Positions 1 through 9,185 of a stretch of 64,000 bases of DNA are shown here, in pieces. A program made the position numbers and the translations under genes. The notes beneath the pieces were generated by a model that was given only the letters and a program-made list of their open reading frames with translations, was not told the origin of the DNA and ran no database searches. Numbering within the stretch: the stretch's first letter is position 1; each line of letters starts with the position of its first letter. The DNA is from Deltaproteobacteria bacterium (GTDB lineage: Bacteria > Desulfobacterota > Binatia > UBA9968 > JAJDTQ01), in assembly GCA_026712905.1 (NCBI GenBank), contig JAPOPM010000145.1:954-64953 (forward strand). The letters are read 5' to 3'.

Positions 1-230
1 GGCAGCAGCAGGGCCTGCTGGAACACCACGGCCTTGTTGGGCGTGGGGCCGGCCACCTCGTCCCCGTCGAGAAGGATGCGGCCCCTGGTGGGGGGGAGCA
101 GTCCGTGGATCATGTGCAGCATGGTGGTCTTGCCGCATCCGCTGGGACCCACGAACGAATAGAACGTCCCGGGGCGGAGATCCATGTCGATGCCGCCCAC
201 GGCATGGACGGTCTCCCCGGTGGGTTTCAT
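1..230 (-). CDS. ABC transporter ATP-binding protein, N-terminal part (gene continues beyond window start)
   Basis: Reverse translation from ATG (228-230) reads MKPTGETVHAVGGIDMDLRPGTFYSFVGPSGCGKTTMLHMIHGLLPPTRGRILLDGDEV with Walker A GPSGCGKT. It is co-oriented and contiguous with the two permease genes. Confidence 0.8.
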   Translation of the reverse strand, partial: MKPTGETVHAVGGIDMDLRPGTFYSFVGPSGCGKTTMLHMIHGLLPPTRGRILLDGDEVAGPTPNKAVVFQQALLL

Positions 231-275
231 GAAAGTCTTGTGGACTTGTTCTACCTGAATCGATGATGACACGAA

Positions 276-1061
276 CTACTCCTGTAATGTGGAATCACGC
301 CACGGCGCCATCCTTCGCTCGATCACCAGGATGACCTGGTTGAGCACGACGCCGGTGCCGGCGAGCATGGCCGCGCACGACATCATGAGCGGCATGTTGA
401 AGGTATCCAGTCCCTTGAAAAGCTGATAGCCGAGTCCCGCATACGCGCCGAAATACTCTCCCACGACGACTCCCACGATCCCGCGGGAGATGCCGAGGCG
501 CAGCCCCGTAACGATGTAGGGGAGTGAACCCGGAATGAGGATCTTGTAAAGGACCTGCCTCTGGGGGATGCAGAACGAGTTGGCCAGGGTCTGGAACTCC
601 TTGCCGACGCTCATAACCCCGGTATAGGTGTTCAGGACGATGGGCACGACCGCGGTGATGAGGACGATGACGATCTTGGCCGTGAGGTCCACGCCGAACC
701 ATATGATGATGAGCGGCGCCAGGGCCACGGACGGTGTGGCATAGACCGCGCTGAGCCAGGGATCGAAGAATTCGCGGAATACCCGGCTGATCCCGAAGAT
801 CATCCCGAGACCGATGCCCACGACGGCGGCCACGCCGAATCCCCAGAAGAACTCGATGCCGCTGATGTACAGATCGTCAAGGATCTCGCCGCTGGCGAAC
901 AGGCCGTAGGTGTAGGTAACCACCCGCCACGGGCCCACGAAGAACAACTCGCTGTTGACCTGCCAGTCGGCGAATGACCAGAACAGCCCCACGACGGTGA
1001 GGCCGAAGATGGCGTTCAGCCATCTTCGCTGCTGCTGATAGATGCTTGACAAGGCTTCCAT
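276..1061 (-). CDS. ABC transporter permease (nitrate/sulfonate/taurine/bicarbonate NitT/TauT-type)
   Basis: 261-aa ORF with multiple hydrophobic helices and the BPD-transporter EAA-like loop (TYTGVMSVGKEFQTLANSF...IPGSLPYIVTGLRLG). It sits in an operon with the ATPase gene. Confidence 0.85.
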   Translation of the reverse strand: MEALSSIYQQQRRWLNAIFGLTVVGLFWSFADWQVNSELFFVGPWRVVTYTYGLFASGEILDDLYISGIEFFWGFGVAAVVGIGLGMIFGISRVFREFFDPWLSAVYATPSVALAPLIIIWFGVDLTAKIVIVLITAVVPIVLNTYTGVMSVGKEFQTLANSFCIPQRQVLYKILIPGSLPYIVTGLRLGISRGIVGVVVGEYFGAYAGLGYQLFKGLDTFNMPLMMSCAAMLAGTGVVLNQVILVIERRMAPWRDSTLQE

Positions 1062-1084
1062 GGCTCTGCTTCCGGCTCTCTTGC

Positions 1085-1915
1085 TTAGACCAAAGTCTTT
1101 CTGTAAGGCGTGGCCCAGCGCTCGACGCCCTTCAGGATCTCGTTGCCCGCGATGCCCATGATGGTCAGGAGCGAGATGCCCACCATCATCTCGGCCACGT
1201 GGAACGTCTGGGTCGCGTGGTCGATCATGTAGCCGATACCGGCCTCGGCCCCGAACAGCTCCGCCACCATGATGGTCACCACCGACCGGGAGTAGCCCAA
1301 CCTCAGCCCCGCGATCAGGAACGGCAGCGACCCCGGTATGATGATCTTGGTCAGCATGGCCCAGAACGAAATGTTGAAGGCCCGTCCCAGCATGCGATAC
1401 TCACCCTGGACGTTCTTGATGCCGGCCTGGGTGTTGATGATCACGGGGAACACCGAGGCGAGGGTGATGACGCCGACCTTGGAGGCGATGCCGAGGCCCA
1501 GCCATATGATGAACAGCGGTGCCGCCACCGAACGCGGTGTGGCGTAGAGGCCCACCAGGATGGGGGAGAACATTTCGTCCAGGGTCCTGCTGAAAGCCAC
1601 CGCCGCGCCGATGACGACTCCCAGGATCATGGCGAGACTGAAGCCGTAGATCAGCTCGGTGCCGCTGTAGTTGATGTTCTCCCAGAACCGCGGCTCATAC
1701 ACCAGCACGGTGAATTCGACGGCCACTGCCACCGGGCCGGTGAAGAAGTCGGGATCGTCGAAGATGTAGTCGATGAACTCCCACGTCAACAGGGCCAGGA
1801 TCACCGACAAGAAGAAGTTGATGCCGATGCGGTGGCGGTTGTAGACACCTTTCACCGACGCGACAAACGACGAATCCTGGGACTCTTCAAGGGGTATCTC
1901 TTGGCTCTTGCTCAT
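1085..1915 (-). CDS. ABC transporter permease (second subunit, same family)
   Basis: 276-aa paralogous permease (IINTQAGIKNVQGEYRMLGRAFNISFWAMLTKIIIPGSLPFLIAGLRLG) immediately downstream of the first permease. Confidence 0.85.
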   Translation of the reverse strand: MSKSQEIPLEESQDSSFVASVKGVYNRHRIGINFFLSVILALLTWEFIDYIFDDPDFFTGPVAVAVEFTVLVYEPRFWENINYSGTELIYGFSLAMILGVVIGAAVAFSRTLDEMFSPILVGLYATPRSVAAPLFIIWLGLGIASKVGVITLASVFPVIINTQAGIKNVQGEYRMLGRAFNISFWAMLTKIIIPGSLPFLIAGLRLGYSRSVVTIMVAELFGAEAGIGYMIDHATQTFHVAEMMVGISLLTIMGIAGNEILKGVERWATPYRKTLV

Positions 1916-2010
1916 GGAATCCAGATGGGTGTGGAGATAGGGCTCTTCCGGGGCTCCGCCCCAATCAAACCCTGCCTCATACGGGTATTGGTGTGGGTTG
2001 TCAAGTGGTT

Positions 2011-2553
2011 TTACGCTACTACGACTTCGTCCACCTCGTCCACCTCCGCCAGCCTCACGCGCACGTCTCCGTCCTTCCGCAGGTCCACCTCCTTGCCGAC
2101 GAACCGGGCCTCGATGGGCAGCTCGCGCCCGCCCCGGTCCACCAGCACCGCCAGGAAAATGGCCCGGGGCCGCCCCAAGGCCATGAGGTGATCCACCGCG
2201 GCGCGCGCCGTGCGTCCGGTATGGAGCACGTCGTCGAACAGGATCAGGGTCTTGTCGCTGACCTCGAAGGAAATATGGGTGCCGTCGATGCGCCCCTCCG
2301 GCAGGAGCGTGTTCAGGTCGTCGCGGTAGAGCGTGATGTCCAGTTCGCCCACCGCCACCGGCAGGTCGTGCTTCTCTTTGAGCACGTGCGCCACCCGCCG
2401 GGCCAGCGTCGGCCCGCGCGTGCGAACGCCGATGAACGCCAGCGAGGCGGCCGCGCCGTATTCGTCGGCGATGCGCTTGGCGAAACCCGCGACAATTCGC
2501 GCGATCTGCGCCGCGCTCAGCACCCGCGTGGTCTTCGGCTTAGATCTTCGCAT
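2011..2553 (-). CDS. pyrR: bifunctional pyrimidine operon regulator / uracil phosphoribosyltransferase PyrR
   Basis: 180 aa with the PRTase fold and PyrR hallmark segments (LILFDDVLHTGRTARAA, GRPRAIFLAVLVDRGGRELPI). Confidence 0.9.
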   Translation of the reverse strand: MRRSKPKTTRVLSAAQIARIVAGFAKRIADEYGAAASLAFIGVRTRGPTLARRVAHVLKEKHDLPVAVGELDITLYRDDLNTLLPEGRIDGTHISFEVSDKTLILFDDVLHTGRTARAAVDHLMALGRPRAIFLAVLVDRGGRELPIEARFVGKEVDLRKDGDVRVRLAEVDEVDEVVVA

Positions 2554-3799
2554 GGGCGGCTCGCAGCAACGTCTCCACCAGAAGCTGGGTCCCGAGACAG
2601 ATATCCTCGGGGTCGGTCCATTCCGTGGGATTGTGGCTCACGCCGTTGACGCTGGGGATGAAGATCATGCCCGTGGGGGTGATCTTGGCCATCTGCATGG
2701 CGTCGTGCCCCGCGCCCGACGGCATCACCTCGAAGGGCACGCCGCGTTCCTCGCACAGCGCGCGGATGAGCGCGATCACCCGCGGGTGCAGCGCCACCGG
2801 CTCCTCGTCCCGGATGGTGACGAGGTCCACCTTCACGGCGCGCTCCCGGGCGATGCGGCGCGCCCGCTTCTTGATCAGCCCGGCCACCTTGCGCTTGGAT
2901 GCGGCGGTGATGCTGCGCACGTCCACCTGCATCTCCGCCCGCCCCGGGATGGCGTTGATGACGCCGGGCTCCACCTTGACGGCGCCCACCGTCCCCACCA
3001 CCCGGCCCTTCTCGGCGGCGGCGTGCTCGCGGCATACCTCGTCGATGTAGGTGATCAGGTGCCCCGCCGCCACCAGCGCGTCCTTGCGCATTTCCATGGG
3101 CGTGGTGCCGCTGTGGTCGGCCTGGCCGCGGAACACCACCCGGAACCGGCTCGGGGCGGCGATGGCCGTCACCACGCCGATCTTCTTCTTCTTCGATTCG
3201 AGGATGGGACCCTGTTCGATGTGCAACTCGAGGTAGGCCTTGACGGTCTCGGGATCGCGTTTCAGCGAATCGAGGTTCTCCCGGTAGATGCCCAGGCTCG
3301 ACAGCACGTCCTCCAGCCGGTTGCCGCCCGCGTCCACCGCGTTGGCGAAGTCCTCCATGGTGACGTCTCCCGCCACCAGGCTGCTCCCCAGGGTGGAGAA
3401 CCCGAAACGGCTGGACTCCTCGCCCACGAAGCACACGCTCTCCAGCGGCGCCGGCACCGGAACGCCGCTCTCCTTGATGGTGCGCACCGCCTCCAGCGCG
3501 CCGATGACGCCCACCGGGCCGTCGTATCGCCCGCCCTGCACGACGGAATCCAGGTGCGACCCGGCCAGCACCGCCGGTCCTTCCCGCTCGCCGGCCAGCC
3601 GTCCGAAGATGTTCCCCGCCGCATCCACGCGCACGTCCAGCCCGGCCTGGTTCATCAGGTGCACCAGCAACTGCCGCGAGCGCAACTCGTGCACCGAGAA
3701 CACCAGCCGCGTGACCGAGCCGCCTTCGCCCAGGCCGATGCGCGAGACCGCGTTCAGGTCGCGCAACAGCCTGTCCTTGTTGATCTGTGGGATTTCCAT
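2540..3799 (-). CDS. Zn-dependent hydantoinase/carbamoylase-family amidase (M20; allantoate amidohydrolase / N-carbamoyl-amino-acid or beta-ureidopropionase-like)
   Basis: Shows the M20 amidase motifs LAGSHLDSVVQGGRYDGPVGV, HSG and GAGHDA. The track ORF (to 3892) is probably over-extended; the start is taken at internal MEIPQINKDRL. It overlaps the pyrR start by 14 nt, so the two form an operon. Confidence 0.8.
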   Translation of the reverse strand: MEIPQINKDRLLRDLNAVSRIGLGEGGSVTRLVFSVHELRSRQLLVHLMNQAGLDVRVDAAGNIFGRLAGEREGPAVLAGSHLDSVVQGGRYDGPVGVIGALEAVRTIKESGVPVPAPLESVCFVGEESSRFGFSTLGSSLVAGDVTMEDFANAVDAGGNRLEDVLSSLGIYRENLDSLKRDPETVKAYLELHIEQGPILESKKKKIGVVTAIAAPSRFRVVFRGQADHSGTTPMEMRKDALVAAGHLITYIDEVCREHAAAEKGRVVGTVGAVKVEPGVINAIPGRAEMQVDVRSITAASKRKVAGLIKKRARRIARERAVKVDLVTIRDEEPVALHPRVIALIRALCEERGVPFEVMPSGAGHDAMQMAKITPTGMIFIPSVNGVSHNPTEWTDPEDICLGTQLLVETLLRAAHAKI

Positions 3800-3937
3800 G
3801 AACCGGCTCGAGGGTTGGGAGAGGGGGAATCGTAACAGGAAAGGCCGCACGGAAACAACGACTGGCAAAGGCTTCCCCGCCGTGTTAAGCAACCCCCGTT
3901 AACGCCGCCGCATCATCGACCCAGAGGAATCGCATCC

Positions 3938-4606
3938 ATGTCAGAGACCGGAAAGAGAATCGCCGAGTTGCTGCTGAGCACGCAGTCCATCCAGGTGTAC
4001 AGCGACAGGCCGTTCGTGTTCGTGTCGGGCCGGGTATCCCCGGTGTACATCGACTGCCGCCGGCTGCTGTCCTTCCCGGAGGCGCGGGACGAGATCCTCG
4101 AAGCCCTGGCGCAGATCGCGCGCCGCGACATCGGCCTCGACAACATGGACGTGGTGGCCGGCGGCGAGACCGCGGGCATCCCCTACGCCGCCTTCGTCTC
4201 CCACTACCTGCGCAAGCCCATGATCTACATCCGCAAGAACCCCAAGGGCTACGGCCACACCAACCAGATCGAGGGGGTTCTCGACGAGGGCCAGCGGGTG
4301 ACCCTGGTGGAGGACCTCGTCACCGACGGCTTCAGCAAGCTCCGCTTCAACATCGGCGTGCGCGCCCAGAAGGCGCGCATCACCCACTGCCTGTGCGTCT
4401 TCGAGTACAGCTCCGACGCCCTCGACCTGCACGAGGGCAAGAAGAACCTCGCCGACCACGACATCAGCCTCCACACCCTCTCCAACTGGGACGACATCCT
4501 GAGCGCCGGCGCGGACACCGGGTTCTTCTCCGAAGACAGCCGCAACCAGATCCTCGACTTCCTCAAGGACCCGGGCAACTGGGGCCGGCGCATGGGCTTC
4601 GAGTAG
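3938..4606 (+). CDS. pyrE: orotate phosphoribosyltransferase
   Basis: 222 aa with PRPP-binding motif VTLVEDLVTDGFS and a type-I PRTase N-terminus. It is divergent from the amidase-pyrR operon. Confidence 0.9.
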   Translation: MSETGKRIAELLLSTQSIQVYSDRPFVFVSGRVSPVYIDCRRLLSFPEARDEILEALAQIARRDIGLDNMDVVAGGETAGIPYAAFVSHYLRKPMIYIRKNPKGYGHTNQIEGVLDEGQRVTLVEDLVTDGFSKLRFNIGVRAQKARITHCLCVFEYSSDALDLHEGKKNLADHDISLHTLSNWDDILSAGADTGFFSEDSRNQILDFLKDPGNWGRRMGFE

Positions 4607-4682
4607 CCAGCATCGCCCCGAGAACGTCGTCCCCAGGGAACAGTCCCCGTCAAGCCACCGCTCAAACAGGAAATAGAAAATG

Positions 4683-4800
4683 GCACGGCCGGTCTATACC
4701 GTCATTTTCGCGGAACAGGCTGTGTTAATACTGCACTTGACACAAAACGGCGCTGACACCCCTTAGCGTCATTCCCGCGAAAGCGGGAATCCAGGGGTGA
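4683..4800. repeat. intergenic palindromic repeat cluster (GTCATTCCCGCGAAAGCGGGAATCCAGG core plus an ...ACAGGCTGTGTTAA... half-unit)
   Basis: Same repeat family as at 20461-20790, 27060-27295 and 28270-28510. The core matches the ATTCCC-N8-GGGAAT palindrome type. Confidence 0.6.
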
Positions 4801-4807
4801 GGAGGGG

Positions 4808-5440
4808 TCAATCCTCCTCGTAAATTTCCACATCCACCGGCTTCCCCCCCACCGGCATGTCCGGGCACGCGCTGAACGCCGCCAGCAGATCCCGCTCCGC
4901 GCGCATGTCCACGTTGGTCGGCGCCGCCGGCCGAACCGTTGTGTGCTGCATCAGCCCCGTCTTCCCGTCGATGATCATGTGCTGGAACAGGTTGAACGGG
5001 CTCGGCACGTCCTCCGGCGCGATGTCGTAGGGCGCCAGCGCCCCGGACAAGTTCTCCCAGCAGCCGTGGTCCGGGATCTCGTCATCCCGGTAGTCCCGAT
5101 GGTAGTACTCCCGCAGCCGCCCCTCTTCCTTGGCCAACTGGAAGCGGTGGCCGCTGCACATGCCCTTCTGCAGGTCGTGGGTCCCCTCCTCGAAGGTATC
5201 CGCCACGATAGTCATGAAGTGCCGGTTGTCCCGGGACATCAGCTTGTCGCCGGTGCTCAGGAAAATCTTCCCGTTGTAAACCTTGGTGCGGGCCTGGTCG
5301 AACCGCTCCCGCAGGTTGTCCCGGTCCAGCACCAGGAAGTCCACCGTGGACATGGCGATGATGCGGATGGTCTGCCCCTTCTTGAGGTCCCCGGACCAGC
5401 CGGTGTTGGCGGGGACGTGCTCGCTGAGTACCTTTTTCAT
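4808..5440 (-). CDS. DUF1989 / urea-carboxylase-associated family protein
   Basis: 210-aa ORF (…MSTVDFLVLDRDNLRERFDQARTKVYNGKIFLSTGDKLMSRDNRHFMTIVADTFEEGTHDLQKGMCSGHRFQ…) with the DUF1989 signature; this is a family-level call. Confidence 0.75.
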   Translation of the reverse strand: MKKVLSEHVPANTGWSGDLKKGQTIRIIAMSTVDFLVLDRDNLRERFDQARTKVYNGKIFLSTGDKLMSRDNRHFMTIVADTFEEGTHDLQKGMCSGHRFQLAKEEGRLREYYHRDYRDDEIPDHGCWENLSGALAPYDIAPEDVPSPFNLFQHMIIDGKTGLMQHTTVRPAAPTNVDMRAERDLLAAFSACPDMPVGGKPVDVEIYEED

Positions 5441-5562
5441 ATCGGCCCTCCTTCAGAGCCGAACTGTGGCCCGCCGAGCGGGGATTTTCAACACCTCGGC
5501 AGAAACTTGCGTTATTCGTTTATCTCGACTAAGGTAAGTTAACTAAGTCCGTGGAGTGTCGT

Positions 5563-5808
5563 ATGCGTACCATCAACATGCATGAAGCCAAGACGCACCT
5601 CTCGCGTCTCGTGGAGGCCGCCGCCAACGGTGAACCGTTCATTATCGCACGCGCGGGCAAGCCATTGGTCAAAGTCGTTGCGGTGGAGGCACCGCGCCCC
5701 GGAGCCATGCGGCGGATTGGTTTTCTGGAGGGAAAGGTCTCGGTCCCCGAGGACTTCGACCGTATCGGCTCCGCCGAGATCGAAGCGCTGTTCGAGGGCA
5801 AGGAGTGA
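5563..5808 (+). CDS. type II antitoxin, Phd/YefM family
   Basis: MRTINMHEAKTHLSRLVEAAANGEPFIIARAGKPLVKVVAVE is a typical Phd/YefM N-terminus. GGAG lies 6 nt upstream of ATG 5563. The stop overlaps the toxin start (GTGA). Confidence 0.75.
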   Translation: MRTINMHEAKTHLSRLVEAAANGEPFIIARAGKPLVKVVAVEAPRPGAMRRIGFLEGKVSVPEDFDRIGSAEIEALFEGKE

Positions 5809-6191
5809 AGCTCCTTCTCGACACCCACGTGTTGCTGTGGGCAGCGGGAGCGGCGGAACGCCTACCGGACGAAGCCCGCATGCTCCTCGAAGACCCGGAG
5901 ACGCAGCCGGTGGTCAGTGTCGCATCGCTGTGGGAGGTCGCCATCAAGAGTTCGATCGGACGCCCGGATTTTCAATGTGATCCACACTTGCTGCGTCGAG
6001 GATTGTTGGAAAACGGCTATGCGGAACTGGCGGTGAACGGCGCCCATGCCGTGGCCGTGGCGTTGTTGCCGCAACTCCACAAAGATCCGTTCGACCGGCT
6101 TCTGGTCGCCCAGGCCCAGGTTGAAGGTATCACCTTGCTGACCGCCGACGAGGCCGTCGGGCGTTACCCGGGCCCGATCCGGCTGCTGTGA
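5805..6191 (+). CDS. vapC: PIN-domain toxin VapC
   Basis: The 128-aa product begins KLLLDTHVLLW and contains SLWEVAIKSS and DRLLVAQAQVEGITLLTAD (PIN acidic residues). It is coupled to the upstream antitoxin by a 4-bp overlap. Confidence 0.85.
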   Translation: MKLLLDTHVLLWAAGAAERLPDEARMLLEDPETQPVVSVASLWEVAIKSSIGRPDFQCDPHLLRRGLLENGYAELAVNGAHAVAVALLPQLHKDPFDRLLVAQAQVEGITLLTADEAVGRYPGPIRLL

Positions 6192-6368
6192 GATGGTCCG
6201 GGTTTCTTGGTCAGGATGGCGGCAAAGTCAAGGTGTATTCCGGGTAATGGATCATGCCGCCAGAGTCCTGTTTGACATGTCCTGCGGTTACGGTTGGCGC
6301 GGCAGGGAAGTGGGCAACGGCGGACGGTGCGAGTCGCCCGTCCGGATGCAACGTGTCACAATGCGCCC

Positions 6369-7949
6369 ATGCGCTTCTTCAACACCACCGGGCCGGTCCA
6401 GTCCGAGAAGCACTACAGCATCCCGCCGCTGAGCCGGCTCGACATCGAAGACGTGCTGACCCTCATTCGCGACGAGCGCTACTTCGTGCTGCGCGCGCCG
6501 CGGCAAACCGGCAAGACCTCCGCCCTGCTGGCGTTGCGGGACCTGCTGAACAGCGGCGCCGAGGGCGATTACCGTTGCGTCTACGCCAACGTCGAGGCGG
6601 CGCAGGCTGCGCGCGAAGACACCGAGAAGGCCATGCGTGCCATTCTGGGCGAGCTGGCATCCTGGGCGCGCTCGACGCTGGGCGACGAAACGCTGGCTGA
6701 TGTATGGCCCGGCATTCTTGCCGAGGCGGGCCCGGCCGGGGCGCTCCGCGAGGTGCTGAGCCGCTGGTCCGAGGCCGACCCGAGGCCGCTGGTGCTGCTC
6801 ATCGACGAGATCGACGCGCTAGTGGGCGATTCCCTGCTGTCGGTGTTGCGCCAGCTTCGGGCGGGATATGTGCGGCGCCCGAAGAGCTTTCCGCAGAGCG
6901 TCGTCCTGTGCGGCGTGCGCGACGTGCGCGACTACCGCATCCATTCCAGCGCCGAGAAGGAGATCATCGCCGGCGGGAGCGCGTTCAACATCAAGGCCGA
7001 GTCGTTGCGTATGGGGGATTTCTCCGAGACCCAGGTGCGCGGGCTGCTGGCCCAGCATACGGCAGAGACGGCCCAGGTGTTCACCGAGGATGCCCTGGCG
7101 GAGGTGTGGACGCTCACCCGCGGCCAGCCGTGGCTGGTCAACGCGCTCGCCTACGATGTCTGCTTCCGCAACAAGGCGGGCCGGGACCGCGGCCGGGCCA
7201 TCGACGCGGGCGAGGTCACCGAAGCCCGGGAACGCCTCATCGCGCGCCGGGAGACCCACCTGGACCAGTTGGCGGACAAGCTCCAGGAAGAACGGGTGCG
7301 CCGGGTGGTGGGACCGTTGCTGAGCGGCGGGGATGAGCGGGAGTTCTCGGCCCGCGACATTGAATACGTCCGGGACCTGGGCTTGATCGCCAGCGACGGT
7401 CTGCTGCGCATCGCCAATCCCATCTACGCCGAGGTAGTGCCGCGGGAGCTCACCTATGCCGCCCAGGCCGGGCTGGTGGAAGAGACCGCCTGGTACCTGG
7501 ACGCCGACGGAGGCCTGGAGGTGGGTAAGCTGCTCACGGCCTTTCAGGAGTTCTTCCGCGAGCATTCCGAGCACTGGGTGGCGCGGTTCGACTACCGGGA
7601 GGCCGAGCCGCAGCTTCTCTTGCAGGCGTTCCTGCAGCGGGTGGTGAACGGCGGAGGCCGCATCGAGCGGGAATACGGCTTGGGCCGGATGCGTACCGAC
7701 CTGCTCATCGTATGGCCCCAGGGCGCGCGGACGCGCAAGTTCGTGATCGAGTGCAAGGTGCTGCACAAGAGCCTGGAGCGCACCATCGGCGACGGCCTGG
7801 AGCAGACCGCCGCCTACATGGACCGTTGCGCCGCGGAATCCGGTCACCTGATCATCTTTGACCGCGACGAGAGCCGGAGCTGGGAGGACAAGCTTTTCCA
7901 CCGCCGCGAACTGGCCGGCGGCGTCGAGATCGAGGTGTGGGGCATGTGA
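6369..7949 (+). CDS. AAA-ATPase-like protein with C-terminal PD-(D/E)XK nuclease-like domain (COG1672-type 'predicted ATPase')
   Basis: N-terminus MRFFNTTGPVQSEKHYSIPPLSRLD...YFVLRAPRQTGKTSALLAL (Walker A) and Walker B LLIDEIDAL. The C-terminus has MRTDLLIVWP...FVIECKVLHK, a D...ExK motif. The start is trimmed from the track ORF to the internal Met. Confidence 0.7.
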   Translation: MRFFNTTGPVQSEKHYSIPPLSRLDIEDVLTLIRDERYFVLRAPRQTGKTSALLALRDLLNSGAEGDYRCVYANVEAAQAAREDTEKAMRAILGELASWARSTLGDETLADVWPGILAEAGPAGALREVLSRWSEADPRPLVLLIDEIDALVGDSLLSVLRQLRAGYVRRPKSFPQSVVLCGVRDVRDYRIHSSAEKEIIAGGSAFNIKAESLRMGDFSETQVRGLLAQHTAETAQVFTEDALAEVWTLTRGQPWLVNALAYDVCFRNKAGRDRGRAIDAGEVTEARERLIARRETHLDQLADKLQEERVRRVVGPLLSGGDEREFSARDIEYVRDLGLIASDGLLRIANPIYAEVVPRELTYAAQAGLVEETAWYLDADGGLEVGKLLTAFQEFFREHSEHWVARFDYREAEPQLLLQAFLQRVVNGGGRIEREYGLGRMRTDLLIVWPQGARTRKFVIECKVLHKSLERTIGDGLEQTAAYMDRCAAESGHLIIFDRDESRSWEDKLFHRRELAGGVEIEVWGM

Positions 7950-8062
7950 GCCGCGTTAAACAGGACCGTGGCTTGTGGTCTGGTGGGGATGGATCTGCTG
8001 GTATACCGGTGCGGCGCCGTTTCAATCAACAAGGCGTTCGAACCATGTAGACAGACTTCACC

Positions 8063-8623
8063 TCACCTCTTTTGGTTCGCATCGCATCTTTTTTTGGCGA
8101 TTTGGTGGAGGTCCCATTCCCTCTTCGAAACAGCGGTTTGCGTAACTCCATCCCAAAGTCCGGGAAGTTTTTTAGTTCCAATAGTTCCAAAGTAGATCTC
8201 GCACATTGTACGTAGAGTAGTGGGCATCGGCCATTCTCGTTTCTCGATTTGCGCGAGTTCACCGGTGATGATGACTTGGAGATCCGCAAACAGTGCGGCT
8301 TTGCCTCCGCTCCCCGTAAAGGCCGGGTTGGACACGAGAGAACGGAAGTCCTTCAAGATGTCTTCCAGCGTTCTTTTATAGCCTCGCTTGGCCTCGCGGT
8401 TTATATAAATCAGTTTTTCAGATTCGTTAGGATCCTTCATGATCACGTATTCGAGTGTCCTGAAGTAGCGGTATCCGACGTTATCGGCTAGGGCGTTTGT
8501 TTTGTGGATGGAGCGCGCCAACGATTGCTCCGTAGTGTTTATTGCAATTCTCCAAGATGCCACGGCAGAAAAGCCGGCCACTATGAGTGGAACTACGAGC
8601 CCCATAACCCATTTATTTTGCAT
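8063..8623 (-). CDS. hypothetical membrane-anchored protein (orphan, low GC)
   Basis: About 45% GC in a 65%+ GC genome. Strong SD (AAGGAGGGG, 5 nt) before ATG 8623. N-terminal hydrophobic anchor MQNKWVMGLVVPLIVAGFSAVASW. I recognise no conserved domain. Confidence 0.5.
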   Translation of the reverse strand: MQNKWVMGLVVPLIVAGFSAVASWRIAINTTEQSLARSIHKTNALADNVGYRYFRTLEYVIMKDPNESEKLIYINREAKRGYKRTLEDILKDFRSLVSNPAFTGSGGKAALFADLQVIITGELAQIEKREWPMPTTLRTMCEIYFGTIGTKKLPGLWDGVTQTAVSKREWDLHQIAKKRCDANQKR

Positions 8624-8769
8624 GATCCCCTCCTTGCAGCCCATTTGAAGTCGAGTGTTGCCGACAATGAAAAAGGAACTCGAATAGTGCAAGAAAAAGG
8701 AATATTGTCAAGTCATTTCTACGGGTATCGGATCGGCGCACCGTGTTCCGACACACGTGCCGGTCGCGT

Positions 8770-9185
8770 TAGTTAGGGCAGCGAGAGATGGCCGTGATGA
8801 GCAAGAATCCCGACACAATGACCGTCGCAACTGCCGCCGGCTGACGTGAGCTGCTCGCGAAGCAGGCGATGGCGATCAGCGACGAGAAGAACGGCGTGGT
8901 GGCCCGTAAGGTCGCGGTGACCGCCCACACCGCCCTTGGGTGGGCGAGGTAACGGGCGCTGCCGGGCTGGATCAGCCCTACCAAGACGGAGATAGCAGTC
9001 CGGACGGAGGATACGGTCCCAGGGGAGCACGATCACGGCGAGGCTCCAGGGAGGACAGGACGTCGATGGCCGGGGAGACGACGATGGCGGGAATGGCGTT
9101 GGCGCCATCCCCTTCTTCAGGAGGATCAGGTTGATGGGAATGAAAAGCCCGCAGGCGAGGGCGAACGCGCGTCGTCCACGTACAG
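8770..9185 (-). pseudogene. degraded paralog of the EamA/DMT transporter gene (internal deletion)
   Basis: Translation VGLIQPGSARYLAHPRAVWAVTATLRATTPFFSSLIAIA aligns to residues about 100-170 of the intact EamA gene at 9647-10513. Positions 9100-9185 encode AFALACGLFIPINLILLKKG, matching its N-terminus. The middle part is missing. Confidence 0.5.

Noticed and set aside
3893-3937. Confident PyrR attenuator or anti-terminator call upstream of pyrE.
   Set aside because: It matches only about 6/10 of the core binding motif. No terminator/antiterminator alternative hairpins are evident. It is kept only as a low-confidence note in the findings.
8026-8289. 87-aa ORF overlapping the 3' end of the orphan gene on the same strand in another frame; also small ORFs at 8249-8491 and 8504-8776.
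   Set aside because: They overlap or lie antisense to the better-supported 8063-8623 gene. They lack RBSs and have low-complexity translations.
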